Positions 35,302-48,200 of a stretch of 49,207 nucleotides of DNA are shown piece after piece. Position 1 is the stretch's first letter, and each line of letters begins with the position of its first letter. Location of the stretch: positions 1 through 49,207 of the forward strand of contig NW_021834493.1 of the NCBI RefSeq assembly GCF_006345805.1, written 5' to 3'. The notes beneath the pieces were generated by a model that did not search any database, was not told the DNA's origin, and was given only the letters and a program-made list of their open reading frames with translations. The translations under genes were made by a program, and so were the position numbers. This DNA comes from Octopus sinensis (taxonomy: Eukaryota).

Positions 35302-36883
35302 CTCACACAGGTTTTACCATCCAGCCTCTGTACTTGCCTCACATGGATTTTATCATCTGTCCTCCATACTGACCTCACACAGGCTTATCCTCTGGCCTCT
35401 GTACTGGCCTCACACAGGTTTTATCACCTGGCCTATGTATTGGCCTCACACAGGTTTTATCACCTGGCCTCCGTGCTGGCCTCACACACGTTTTATCATC
35501 TGGCCTCTGTGCTGGCCTCACACAGGTTTCATCATCCAGCTGCTGTATTGGCCTCACACAGTTTCATCATCCGGCTGCTGTATTGGCCTCACACAGGTTT
35601 TATCATCTGCCTCTGTACTGGCCTCACACGGTTTTATCACCTGGCCTCTGTACTTGCCTCACATGGATTTTATCATCTGTCCTCCATACTGACCTCACAC
35701 AGGCTTATCCTCTGGCCTCTGTACTGGCCTCACACAGGTTTTATCACCTGGCCTCTGTGCTGGCCTCACACAGGTTTCATCATCCAGCTGCTGTATTGGC
35801 CTCACACAGGTTTCATCATCCGGCTGCTGTATTGGCCTCACACAGGTTTTATCATCTGGCCTCTGTACTGGCCTCACACAGGTTTTATCATCTGGCCTCT
35901 GTACTTGCCTCACATGGATTTTATCATCTGTCCTCCATACTGACCTCACACAGGCTTATCCTCTGGCCTCTGTACTGGCCTCACACAGGTTTTATCACCT
36001 GGCCTCTGTGCTGGCCTCACACAGGTTTCATCATCCAGCTGCTGTATTGGCCTCACACAGGTTTCATCATCCGGCTGCTGTATTGGCCTCACACAGGTTT
36101 TATCATCTGGCCTCTGTACTGGCCTCACACAGGTTTTATCATCTGGCCTCTGTACTGGCCTCACACAGGTTTTATCATCTGGCCTCTGTACTGGCCTCAC
36201 ACAGGTTTTATCACCTGGCCTCTGTACTGGCCTCACACAGGTTTTATCACCTGGCCTCTGTACTGGCCTCACACAGGTTTTATCATCTGGCCTCTGTACT
36301 GGCCTCACACAGGTTTTATCATCTGGCCTCTGTACTGACCTCACACAGGCTTATCCTCTGGCCTCTGTACTGGCCTCACACAGGTTTTATCACCTGGCCT
36401 CTGTGCTGGCCTCACACAGGTTTCATCATCCAGCTGCTGTATTGGCCTCACACAGGTTTCATCATCCGGCTGCTGTATTGGCCTCACACAGGTTTTATCA
36501 TCTGGCCTCTGTACTGGCCTCACACAGGTTTTATCACCTGGCCTATGTATTGGCCTCACACAGGTTTTATCATCTGGCCTCTGTACTGGCCTCACACAGG
36601 TTTTATCATCTGGCCTATGTATTGGCCTCACACAGGTTTTATCACCTGGCCTATGTATTGGCCTCACACAGGTTTTATCACCTGGCCTCTGTGCTGGCCT
36701 CACACAGGTTTTATCATCCGGCTGCTGTATTGGCCTCACACAAGTTTTATCCTCTGGCCTCTGTGCTGGCCTCACACAGGTTTTATCACCTGGCCTATGT
36801 ACTGGCCTCAGGTTTTCTCACCTGGCCTCTGTACTGGCTTCACACATATTTTATCTTCTGGCCTATGTACTGGCCTCACACAG
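35302..36883. repeat. 36-bp minisatellite, about 44 units, with higher-order variant blocks
   Basis: Consensus ggcctcacacaggttttatcatctggcctctgtact; a 35-bp variant gacctcacacaggcttatcctc recurs at about 35371, 35691, 35942 and 36337. Confidence 0.95.
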
Positions 36884-37252
36884 ATACTGCCATTCAAAAC
36901 CAAAAGGAACTGTTAGAAATAGTAAAAGACTGATTTGGTACAGCTCTTGTCAGCAAGCATTGAAGGACACCAGACTAAGTGTACCTTGAAATCCACAGAG
37001 CAAGAGTTTCATAGAAGGACAAGGAAATCCATGAAAAGGAAACTAAAGACTCCAATGAAGAATGATGGAAAGAATTGGACTCTTCAGAAATGATTGCATG
37101 GAATATGATGTCTTGGAACACATGTGTTGATGGTCTGTTGCCTATGGAGATGAGGTTGATGTAATAGAGCTCAGCAACTTATATGGTGATGGCCTATTCT
37201 GGAGGGCTCTATATTGTGTTCTCTGTTTCAAAGGACAGGAAATCTCAGAAGA

Positions 37253-37312
37253 TCATCATCATCATCATCATCATTTAGCGTCCGTTTTCCATGCTAGCAT
37301 GGGTTGGACAAA
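37253..37312 (-). mobile_element. Family B tail fragment
   Basis: (CAT)n-ttagcgtccgttttccatgctagcatgggttggac. Confidence 0.7.
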
Positions 37313-37811
37313 GATGTTATGTGTAAATAACATGATTTACCAGGAACCACAAGACAAAGATAGAGAAGACCTTTATATAATAAAAGAAAGAAATCTTTCA
37401 GGCTGTAAGTCTATTTCTGAAAACTAATTGAACCTTTAAAAACCCCCAACCCTTCTAAACTACATAAAATTTGAACGTCAGAAGCCAAATCCATACCATT
37501 TTCAGGAAGACAATAAATGAGAAATATGCAAGAATTGCACCTTTCCCAGCCCAATAAGAATGTTAAAGAATATGGTAGAAGGAAACGTTCTTGTTGTGAA
37601 AGTGTGTAATTCTAAGTTAGAATCAAAATTTCTTGTAATCTTCTAAAGTAATTCTTTTCTAATCTTTCTCTTCATATCTCTGCTTCCATTTCTACCAGAA
37701 GATTCTATGGAAAAACATATTTCTCTTTTTATTTCCATCATAGTTCATTGTTCTTCATAGCAGACAGATGTGACATATGGTGAAGAACTATTTGTCTGTT
37801 AATCAGACTGT

Positions 37812-37980
<169 letters not shown>

Positions 37981-38935
37981 TCTATTTCTCTGTTTATCTA
38001 TCTATCCATCTCTCTGTCTATCTCAAGCATTATTTCTGTGTACACGCATACACATACCCAGACATACACTTCTCTCCATACTACAATAACTTAATCTCCA
38101 GTATAGTTGACATAAGACAGCCGAGAAATTGTAATTAATTGATTGATTAATTTCTCTCTTTTAATGATGAGTACAATAATTATCAAATTGAGAAATTCTA
38201 AACAAAAGGGGAAAGGGAAATAACCCATCATAGACTCTCTCTCAAGGACAATATCAACATTTACTTTCTTTTGACAGTAGCGGTGGTAGTGGTGGTGATG
38301 GTGGTGGCGGCGGCGGTGGCGGTGGTGGTGGTATTGGTGGTGGTGGCGGCGGCAGTGGCGGTGGTGGTTGCTGTTGTTACTTCTGTTATTGCTGTTCTTA
38401 ATATTGTTGTTGCTTTGCCCAGTTTAGGCCTATTAGTGCAAACATCTGACCAAAGACATTCTAACCATGACTATCCCATTAATTATAATCAGCATACATA
38501 CATATATATATTACACCAACTTGTTGTTCCGTCACCAGTCTTTGTCTTTTGTTTTTTGTACATTTGAACTATTTATGTGTGTATATATATTTATATACAC
38601 ACACACACACACGCACACACACACATATATGTATGTATGTATGTGTGTGTATACATATATGAAATAACAGCTAAATCCCTCTCTAACATTGTAAAGGTAA
38701 GCTAATAGGATTATCTTTATGATGTTGTGAAGAGATTTAGCTGCTATTTCAAGAAGAACAAGCAACCACTATATTAGTGTGGTAGAGTTGGATTATGTAA
38801 GGTAGTGTTTATTAGACATTTCTATACGCACACACACAACTGTATATGTATACATGTATGTTTGTATGTGTGTGTGTGTGTGTGTGTGTGTATATAAGGT
38901 GTATCATCCACACACCTGTCCGCCACCCCACTCAC

Positions 38936-39082
38936 CCTTCTCATCTCGTCCGTCACAGTGTGCCTCTGTTGTTGTCTATGACAACCCAACAGAATGTCGA
39001 AAGCCATCACGACTTGTGAATCATCTTCCTGGCTGAAAGGGGATATTATTGTCACTGGATATGAACTTGTGACGACATCCAA
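38936..39082 (-). other. Candidate 5' UTR exon (147 nt)
   Basis: Non-repetitive island with acceptor tttctcacgcAG| and consensus donor AGG|GTGAGT. Confidence 0.4.
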
Positions 39083-39392
39083 CTGCGTGAGAAACTAGAT
39101 CTCTTCTCAACTCAACCAATCATATTTCCTCTCTCAAGTTTTTAGAAGATCATGTGATATTCATATACTTTTATACGTATCTCTCTCTCTCTCTCTCTCT
39201 ATTTATCTTTCTATTTATGTATATATACATACATGCATATATATATTTATGTATATATAAATGCATATATATATATATATATTATATATACACACACATA
39301 TATATATATATATATATTTGTATTTAGATATATCTAACTATCTATCTATATATATATATATATACATATATAAACAGAGAGATACATATATA

Positions 39393-39450
<58 letters not shown>

Positions 39451-39924
39451 TATGTATCTCTTTTTCTGTTTATATATGTCTATCTATCTATATATATAGT
39501 GTTGTGTGTATGTGTGCGTGTACATTATACACACATGAATATGCACGCATTTATCTACCTACCTGTGTGTGTGTATGCATGTTGGCAAAAATCAACGAGG
39601 TGAGGTAATCCTGGGTAATATATTCCTGCTGTATATATATATATCTACACACTATATCTCTGTACTACTATATCTGTATACGCTATCTATTCACCAGTAT
39701 ATTTGTATCATATGTCTATCCCATGTCTATACAGTATAACTGCAGTGTATATATAACTGATTTTAGCCAACACTGTTAGTAAGAGATAGACATAAACACC
39801 TTATCTTTGTATAAAACACTTGTGTGGACACAAAAAGAGGGCTCGACTGGACTAGTTTCTGTCCTATGTTGTGTTTTCACTACTGATTAAAATGTCCTTT
39901 TAACAAAGCACACATCGTTAGACA

Positions 39925-40811
39925 TTTCGTTCAATAAATTAATTACTGGTATCTGTCTGCCATGAATGACACACTGGCATGCAGAGTGAAGCTACTTGGC
40001 GCAAAATGACTTTGAATTCTGCTGTGCATGCACAGAGTTTTAACGTTCTAGCTCACTTCCGCTGTTTACAGCAGTGCTTGGAAGGAAGGTGTGTAGTGTG
40101 TGATTGTCACATTGACCATGACAGAGAAAGTTGTCATGGAGATACCTGCTCAGAGTACTGCACAATGTTGCAGAAAGTGTATGAAGAGGAGTTGTATGAA
40201 CTGCACACGAGTGTACAAGACATTTCCGAGTTGGCTGAAAAAATGTCGATATTGAGAAATGCTGTGGGAAACCCACAACCAGCACAACTGAGGAAAACAT
40301 TGCAGATGTGCATGCAGCTGTGAAAAGAAATCATTGAATCACCATCCATGAGTTATCAGAGGATGTACAGATTAGTTAGAGTTCAGTTCAGTCCATTATC
40401 ATTGAAGATTTGAGTATGAGACGCATGTTTGCCAAGTTTGTGCCAAAAGTGCTTTCAGCTAACCAAGAAGATGCTCAGGTTTCAATTGCACAAGATCTCC
40501 TTGATTGTGCTGAGAATGAGGAAAACTTGTTGAAAACTTTGTGAAGGTCACTGAGCAGGGATCACCAAGCTTTTGGCAAAAGTTGATGCAGAATCTCTGC
40601 TCAACTCTCTCTGTCATGATCAAAGCAACGATCACACGCTACACACCTTCCTTCCAAGCACAGCTGTAAACAGTGGAAGTGAGCTAGAATGTTAAAACTC
40701 AGTGCACATGCACAGCAGAGTTCGAGGTCAATCTGTGTCAAGTGGCTTCACTCTGCATCCTTTAGCCTTATTACTATGGCAACAGTCCAGATACTTATTG
40801 ATCAGACCACA
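39925..40811 (+). mobile_element. Non-autonomous mariner with long inverted ends
   Basis: Inverted repeats 39979-40133 / 40602-40758 (degenerate extension to a TA-flanked end tggtctgatcaataagtatctggac at 40811); internal TTEENIADV...ITIHELSEDV...AKFVPKVLS transposase remnant. Confidence 0.8.
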
Positions 40812-40829
40812 TATATATATGTATGTATG

Positions 40830-40926
40830 CATCATCATCATCATCATCATCATTTAGCGTCCGTTTTCCATGCTAGCATGGGTTGGACGGTTCTACTGGG
40901 GTCTGTGAAGCCAGAAGGCTTCATCA
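40830..40926 (-). mobile_element. Family B tail fragment
   Basis: Near-identical to the 48852 copy (ggttctactggggtctgtgaagccagaaggcttcatca). Confidence 0.75.
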
Positions 40927-41321
40927 TTATTATTATTATTATTATTATTGTAATATAATGTAAATATTTTAATCCTACAATTGTTTTAATTCAATCCCAA
41001 TAATAAATTTATAAAAATGTTTTTGGGTAAGAATCTCATCAAGGAAATATTTGACAAAAATTACATATGAGGATTTTTAGATCCTGGAACAGACTGAATT
41101 AAATATGTTTACATTTTTAAGTGTGAGCGTCGATAATTAAAAAATATATATAATAAGAACAAAAATTTGAAACGAATAAAAGCTAATATAACGGTCATAA
41201 GATATGTTTGTATACTTTTAAGAATATATTTCTACGTATTAGTTTTTTTTTTAATAAAATATATAGTAATAATATGCGAAGAATTTATGCTGAAATAGGA
41301 AATTTTACCTTTTATTATTCT

Positions 41322-41490
41322 GACCCTACACGCCACATCCGATGCTTCTTATGTCTAACATTTCTCTCAGGGCACTTACACTCTGTCGTGCATGGACACT
41401 GACATTAGACATCCAGTGGATCATGCTAGCTTCATTTCTTTCGAGTCTACGCATGTCCTCCGCAGTCACAGCCCATGAAGCATGGCAGTT
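41322..41490 (-). mobile_element. RTE-clade LINE RT C-terminal fragment
   Basis: HASWAVTAEDMRRLERNEASMIHWMSNVSVHARQSVSALREMLDIRSIGCGV matches the RTE pattern ETW...RRL....MLRWM...LRE.LGI. Confidence 0.7.
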
Positions 41491-41509
41491 TACACACATG
41501 CATCATACA

Positions 41510-41545
<36 letters not shown>

Positions 41546-41772
41546 GCAATGGCTACCATTTTCAGCATGGCAGTATCTCGTAGATACCCTAATATTAAAA
41601 CTTTTTTAATTATATATATCTATATCTATATCTTGGCCTGCTTGCTTAGCCAGCAGGGTGGCGTCATTCAAAGGCTAAAACAATGCGAACGCATTGTGAC
41701 CAGCGATGTGTAACTACATCTGATGGACTGGTCGGTCACGTGATCACGTGATATCTATATCTATATATATAT

Positions 41773-41811
<39 letters not shown>

Positions 41812-41840
41812 CGAGAAAGAAGCAACAAGAATGGATAGGT

Positions 41841-41931
41841 TTTTAGTACAATCGTTTCATACAAGGACAGGCTTTATTAAAAGTTGCAAAAATTACAGCA
41901 TATAAACGTGTCCCGTACTCATCAGCTAAAA
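41841..41931 (-). ncRNA. Type I hammerhead ribozyme, identical copy in left arm of palindrome
   Basis: Exact reverse complement of 42306-42396; core at 41925-41919, predicted cut between 41847 and 41846. Confidence 0.8.
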
Positions 41932-42305
41932 TACATGTGAGTTCTCTAGACATCCTAGTGGTTGAGGCTATACTCATGAAGTAATGTAGATAATTAAGTA
42001 ACATAAACAGATTTCCAAGTTCATTAAAGTTCTTTAAGATGATGTACAGTCTTATCACAGAATTTTAAAAAGTTTTAATAGCATCACAGAGAAGGTAACC
42101 TATCCATAGTGCACATATGTGCACTATGGATTAGGTTACCTTCTCTGTGATGCTATTAAAACTTTTTTAAAATTCTGTGATAAGACTGTACATCATCTTT
42201 AAAGAACTTTAATGAACTTTGGAAATCTGTTTATGTTACTTAATTATCTACATTACTTCATGAGTATAGCCTCAACCACTAGGATGTCTAGAGAACTCAC
42301 ATGTA

Positions 42306-42396
42306 TTTTAGCTGATGAGTACGGGACACGTTTATATGCTGTAATTTTTGCAACTTTTAATAAAGCCTGTCCTTGTATGAAACGATTGTACTAAAA
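42306..42396 (+). ncRNA. Type I hammerhead ribozyme with extended stem II (right arm of palindrome)
   Basis: Stem I UUUUAG/CUAAAA, core CUGAUGA 42312-42318, stem II GUAC-GGGACA...UGUCC-UU-GUAU, GAAAC 42379-42383, stem III AC/GU with GAUU loop, GUA cleavage triplet 42388-42390. Confidence 0.8.
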
Positions 42397-42546
42397 ACCT
42401 ATCCATTCTTGTTGCTTCTTTCTCGCTTATAATCACCCCACATTACTGTATTGTTAAAACAGTATAGTTTTTTTTTTTGTTGCATCTAAGTTAGGTACCA
42501 TATTCAAGTAAATTCATTTAAATTAACTTGAATCTTTATTGCTTTT

Positions 42547-42645
<99 letters not shown>

Positions 42646-42777
42646 TATAATAAGAACAAGTTTACGTTGAACTGATGGAATTACTGAATCCGGTGATGGC
42701 TTTGCTTGCCAAAACTTTGAAGTCACTGTCAATACTGTTCTCTTTAAGAATAATACACACACACACACACACTTATG

Positions 42778-42845
<68 letters not shown>

Positions 42846-43773
42846 CATGGATATACACACATGTACATACATGGTGATCTGTAAATATATGCAAACACTG
42901 ATACACAGCTACAAACATGTATATATACACACAAAATGGCTAAAATTAAGCAGGAAGTTTAAAGGTCAGCAATAAATGAAGAAATTAATGAAGGTGGTGG
43001 TGGTGGTGGTGGGGGTGGTGGAAATACCTGCACCATCATTAAACAGCATCCTCACACTACCACCAACACCACAAACCCTGTTTGAAACAAATATCACCAC
43101 CACCACCATCACCACCACTTCCAACACCATGATGACCACTGCTATCATCATCATCATCATCATCATTACCACAATGCTGCATCACCCGCATAGTTATACT
43201 CTACCACCATCACCACCACCATCAAAACACCACTGCAACACCACTACACCACTAACACAACCATTTATTAATGCTAAGTGATTTTTGTCCAAGTACCATC
43301 ACCATAAGCACCATAAAACTACTAATGCCGCCAGTACACCGCCACCACCACCACCACCACCACCATCAGTGCTTGTGTGCCTAACCCCACTCCCCATCAC
43401 ACCCCCAGTTATTAATGCTAAGTGATTTCAGCCCCTGCTCCTCCCCTACCCCCTGATAATGTCCCCCTAAATTAGTGATAATGGGGACTGACTAACAACC
43501 TTTCCATTAACGACAATCATGCCATAATTATTTCTAATGAATTGGTTGTGAAAGGTCAGAGGTGAATGTCAGAATAATTGGGAGGAGGGGGTGGAAATGG
43601 GAATGGGGCGGGGGGGACATAGCTGTTCATTATGGCTGCAGGGTGGGGTGGGGGTGGAGGGAGGGAATGTTAGGAGTTCAGTTATTTGTTTTTATGAGAG
43701 GGTAGAAAGGACAGTGATGATGACCTTTATCAGGGTCTCCCACACTGGTCTAGGGGACTGCGCTTGGTTTTAC

Positions 43774-43911
43774 CTGGCTGGCTAACATCTTGTTGGTGTT
43801 GGTGTTGGTGTTGGTGTTGTTGTTGTTGTTTAGCCCATGGTTTCAATTGATCAAATAGAACTATATCCAAAGATGCTCCAGCCATGACTACCTCCACTAT
43901 TATATCTAAGA
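43774..43911 (-). other. Candidate upstream protocadherin exon (138 nt, contains an in-frame ATG)
   Basis: Acceptor cttttcttcctcattgtgttgtacAG|, donor CAG|GTAAAA, gtcATGG at 43885; ends in phase 1, matching the 28634 acceptor. Confidence 0.35.
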
Positions 43912-44780
43912 CTGTACAACACAATGAGGAAGAAAAGTGGACTCTGCTAGAGGTACCCTGGATCAAGGTGGTGGACATGTTACACCCACTAACATTTTCA
44001 GGGTATGACCCTCAAAATCCAGGATCACATTATTTATCAGTTTCTTCTTAGTTTCTGTTTAACAGACACCAACCACAAAGTATTGGCTGAATGAAGGCTT
44101 TGAGTAAAGAAACTTGCTCAAGATGTCATCCAGTGGCATTGACTGTAAAAGCCATGCTGTAATGCAAACTCACAGCCCCGTCTGTAACCCCTTTGGGTCA
44201 TTTCATTTTGGCAAAACTGCATCTTTAACACTACAAGTCTTCTTCTTCAGCTTTGGTCAGTTGTTGACCCCCCCCCCCTACAAACACCGCAGTGAGATAC
44301 CCATTACAATACTACCTACATATTTAGGAGGGTACAGTTGTGATATAAAACCCGTTTTTATATTTTGGTCAGTCAGCTACACTCTCTATTACAGAAGCAT
44401 TTTGGCCTTGGTCAGTGGGTCAAGTATGATGCCATATTACATTACTGCCCACAGCCATGGGACAGTGTTATCTCTGTTACCTACACAGCCATTAAAGCCG
44501 CCCTCAATAACTGACTATCTGACCAATATATAAGACACAGTATGTTGATAGATGAGTGGTTGTAGTAAGCCCCTGTGTTAGGGACCTCTGTACTGAAAAC
44601 CAGCCTGCTTGAAATAGCAACCAAATCTTCCTAAACAGCTACCCTATTATCATAAAACGTGAAGACCACTTAAACTTCTCGGGAAATGTAATTCTGTATA
44701 CATTATATCTTAAACGTGGACAGGACCAGGACCCGTAAGATCCATAGAGGTCCTTAGCACTCAAAAGATTTCAGGGCCTC

Positions 44781-44886
44781 CATCATCATCATCGTTGTTG
44801 TTTAACATCTGCTTCCCATACTGGCATGGGTTGGACGGTTTGACTGAGGACTGGCAAGCCGGGAGGCCGTACCAGGCTCCAATCCA
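44781..44886 (-). mobile_element. Family B tail fragment
   Basis: (CAT)n...ggcatgggttggacggtttgactgagg...ccaggctccaatc. Confidence 0.7.
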
Positions 44887-45019
44887 AAAATATGTAATTC
44901 AAAATCTAAACAATAATAAACCAAGAAATAAATTCTTATTTTCCAAAATGAAACAAAACTAACATCAAGATGGAAGATAAAGTCTCTTTTTGTATATTTC
45001 CACTTTATTTAGATTGGAA

Positions 45020-45355
45020 TTTGTAGCTGTGATACCAGTGCCGGTGGCACGTAAGAGAACCATCCGAACGTGGCCATTGCCAGCGCCGCACCGACTGGCC
45101 TCGTGCTGGTGGCACATAAAAAGCACCATCCGATCATGGCTGTTTGCCAGCCTCGTCTGGCACCTGTGTGGGTGGCACATAAAATGCACCTACTACACTC
45201 ACGGAGTGGTTGGCGTTAGGAAGGGCATCCAGCTGTAGAAACACTGCCAGATCAGACTGGGCCTGGTGCAGCCTCCTGGCTTCCCAGACCCCAGTTGAAC
45301 CCATGCCAGCATGGAAAGCGGACGTTAAACAATGATGATGATGATGATGATGATG
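45020..45355 (+). mobile_element. Family B, three modules plus tail
   Basis: Same modules and (GAT)n tail. Confidence 0.85.
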
Positions 45356-45994
45356 AAAAGTTTTCTCCGACTGTTTTTTTTTATGACATCATGAATTCTT
45401 TGAAATTATATTTCTGATTATAAAAACCATTTCCAATATCATTTTAGCAAGTTTAAAGGGATTTTCTTTTGTGCTGTAAACCATGTACCATTTCTGTGGT
45501 GCCTCTGCTCCCAACCCCTTCCCCTGATACCCTAAGCATTTGCTTATATTGACAATTGGTTAATCCAGTAGTAGACGGGATGGTCATGGCCAGAATAATT
45601 TCCATTATAACTGAGCTGGATCAGGACTAATTTGGGGCTTAACTACTACTACTACTACTACTAATACTACAACTACTACTACTACTACTACTAGTACAAC
45701 TACTACTACTGATACTACTACAACCACTACTACTGATACTACTGCTGCTGCTACCCCTAAAGCAAATTAGTATCTAAGAGGTCACTAGACCTCTTAGAAA
45801 TAGTAAGCAAATCATCCTCAACTCACACTGTGCCATCTTAAGAAGGAAGAAGACATGGGATAATGTAGTCCAAGATACATCATGTCTGAATAAAAGATCA
45901 GATGGTCATAGCAAGAGAAATTGGGATGATAGGTCTGCCAGCTCAGGACTGACCTGTGGTTAAAACCCAACGTCATGAAACCTGCAATGATTAA

Positions 45995-46036
45995 ATGTTT
46001 GTGAATATGCATGTATGTGTGTGTGTGTGTATATAC

Positions 46037-46104
<68 letters not shown>

Positions 46105-46105
46105 T

Positions 46106-46168
<63 letters not shown>

Positions 46169-46900
46169 GTATATGCATACATATATATGTGTGTGTGTAT
46201 GTATATGCATTTATGTACATGTGTACGTATATATGTGTATGCATATATGTGTATGCATATGTATGTGTATGTATATATGAATGCGTATATGTATGCATCT
46301 AATAATGTGTATATGCGCATGTATGTAGCCATTGTGTGTGTGTTCATGCAAGTGTATGTGTGCATGTGTGTGCGTATGTCAACATACCCCATGTGATGAT
46401 AATCACAGAATCGTCCAATCAGAAAACCAGCATATTTAATTGAAAGATGAAAGAAAAGGTTAATAATTTGTTAAACTCTAAATTAATATCCTAATAACTG
46501 ACCTGAACAATACAGCTATCTAATTAAGGAGGGAGTGGGGTTAATGAGGGCAGTATTTCTAATTAAGGCAGATATAAGTTTTCTCATTACTGTAAAAAGT
46601 TACTATGAACCACACATTATGTCTATATAAACATTTACTTGTGTCAAAGCTAGTCTCCTTGTAAACATAAATTTACATGGTTAACACACACACATACACA
46701 CACACATACACACACATACACACACACATATAGACACATACACACACACATACATACACACACATACACACACATACACACATACATACACACATATAGA
46801 CACATACACACACACATACATACACACACATACACACACACATACACACATACATACACACATAGACACATACACACACACACACACACACGGATGTGTA
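45995..46900. repeat. (TA)/(TG)/(CA) microsatellite fields
   Basis: Direct inspection; 46400-46680 between them is ordinary AT-rich sequence. Confidence 0.85.
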
Positions 46901-46920
46901 TGGAGATATATTGTTATTAT

Positions 46921-47313
46921 TACTCTTTTACTTGTTTCAGTCATGTGACTGTGGCCATGCTGGAGCACCGCCTTTAGTCGAGCAAATCGACCCTGGGACT
47001 TATTTTTTGTAAGCCAAGTACTTATTCTATCGGTCTCTTTTTCCTGAACCACTAAGTTACGGGGACATAAACACACCAGCGTCGGTCGTCAGCAATGTTG
47101 GGGGGACAAACACAGACACACAAACACATACATATATATATATATATATACGACAGGCTTCTTTCAGTTTCCATCTACCAAATCTACTCACAAGGCTTTA
47201 GTTGACCCGAGGCTATAGTAGAAGAAACTTGCCTAAGGTGCCATGCAGTAGGACCGAACCTGGAATCATGTGGTTTGTAAGCAAGCTACTTACCACACAG
47301 CCACTCCTACGCC
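46921..47313 (-). mobile_element. SINE family A, full length
   Basis: Complete reverse-complement copy of 1095-1500. Confidence 0.85.
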
Positions 47314-47342
47314 TACAATAATATTGTTAATATTATTAGCTT

Positions 47343-47498
47343 TACATGCTGAGTTCAAATTCTGCTGAAGTCAACTTAACCTTTCATCCCTTCAGGGCCA
47401 ATAAAGATAAGTACCAGTTAAATACTGGGGTCGATGTAACTGACTTACCCACACACCCGGAATTGCTGGCCTTGAGCCAAAATTTGAAATCAATAATT
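47343..47498 (+). mobile_element. SINE family C
   Basis: ctgagttcaaattc...cctttcatccctt...aagtaccagttaaatactggggtcgatg. Confidence 0.75.
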
Positions 47499-47764
47499 TT
47501 ATTGTTGCTGTTGTTGTTGATGTTATGATTATTATTATCATTATTTAAAATAGTTTGACTTGGCCCCATGTCACTGAAAGTTTTATCAGCCCCTTACTGA
47601 AAGTTAACTCAATGGGCTCAGTTAACTGAGCCCAACAAACCACGTTTCTATAAGAAGCCATGGGGCCAAATAAAATTGCTTTCAATAATATATGCAACTC
47701 TTACAAAATGTGATGAATACCATCTTATATTTGTCTGCTTACCTGCATATATATACACATATAA

Positions 47765-48127
47765 AGGGCACTTTTTTTATGGCCGATGCCTGCGCCACCT
47801 GAACTGGCTTCAGTGCCGGTGGCACATAAAAAGCACCATCTGAACGTGGCCGATGCCAGCGCCGCCTTGGCTGGCTTCCGTGCTGGTGGCACGGTAATAG
47901 CACCAACTGATCGTGGCCGATGCCGGACTCCCCTGGCACCTGTGCAGGTGGCACGTAAATAGCACCCACTACACTCGTGGAGTGGTTGGCGTTAGGAAGG
48001 GCATCCAGCTGTAGAAACACTGCCAGATCAGACTGGAGCCTGGTGCAGCCCCTGGCTGGCTTCCCAGACCCCGGTCGAACCATCCAACCCGTTCTAGCAC
48101 GGAAACGGACGTTAAACGATGTGATGT
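47765..48127 (+). mobile_element. Family B, three to four modules plus tail
   Basis: Same modules and tail. Confidence 0.85.
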
Positions 48128-48130
48128 ATG

Positions 48131-48200
<70 letters not shown>

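Larger units (their letters stand above)
41806..42431. repeat. 626-bp spacerless palindrome carrying twin hammerheads (Penelope-like inverted terminal repeat or retrozyme-like element)
   Basis: Centre gtgcacat|atgtgcac at 42116/42117; arms of 311 and 315 bp differ only by four 1-nt homopolymer indels. Confidence 0.9.

Noticed and set aside
35302-36883. Array as a CRISPR locus or a repeat-protein gene
   Set aside because: Units are contiguous with no unique spacers and no cas genes, in a eukaryotic context; open frames on both strands follow from the 36-bp period.
41374-41380. Perfect GTAAGT donor on the minus strand
   Set aside because: Lies within an RTE RT fragment with no matching acceptor.
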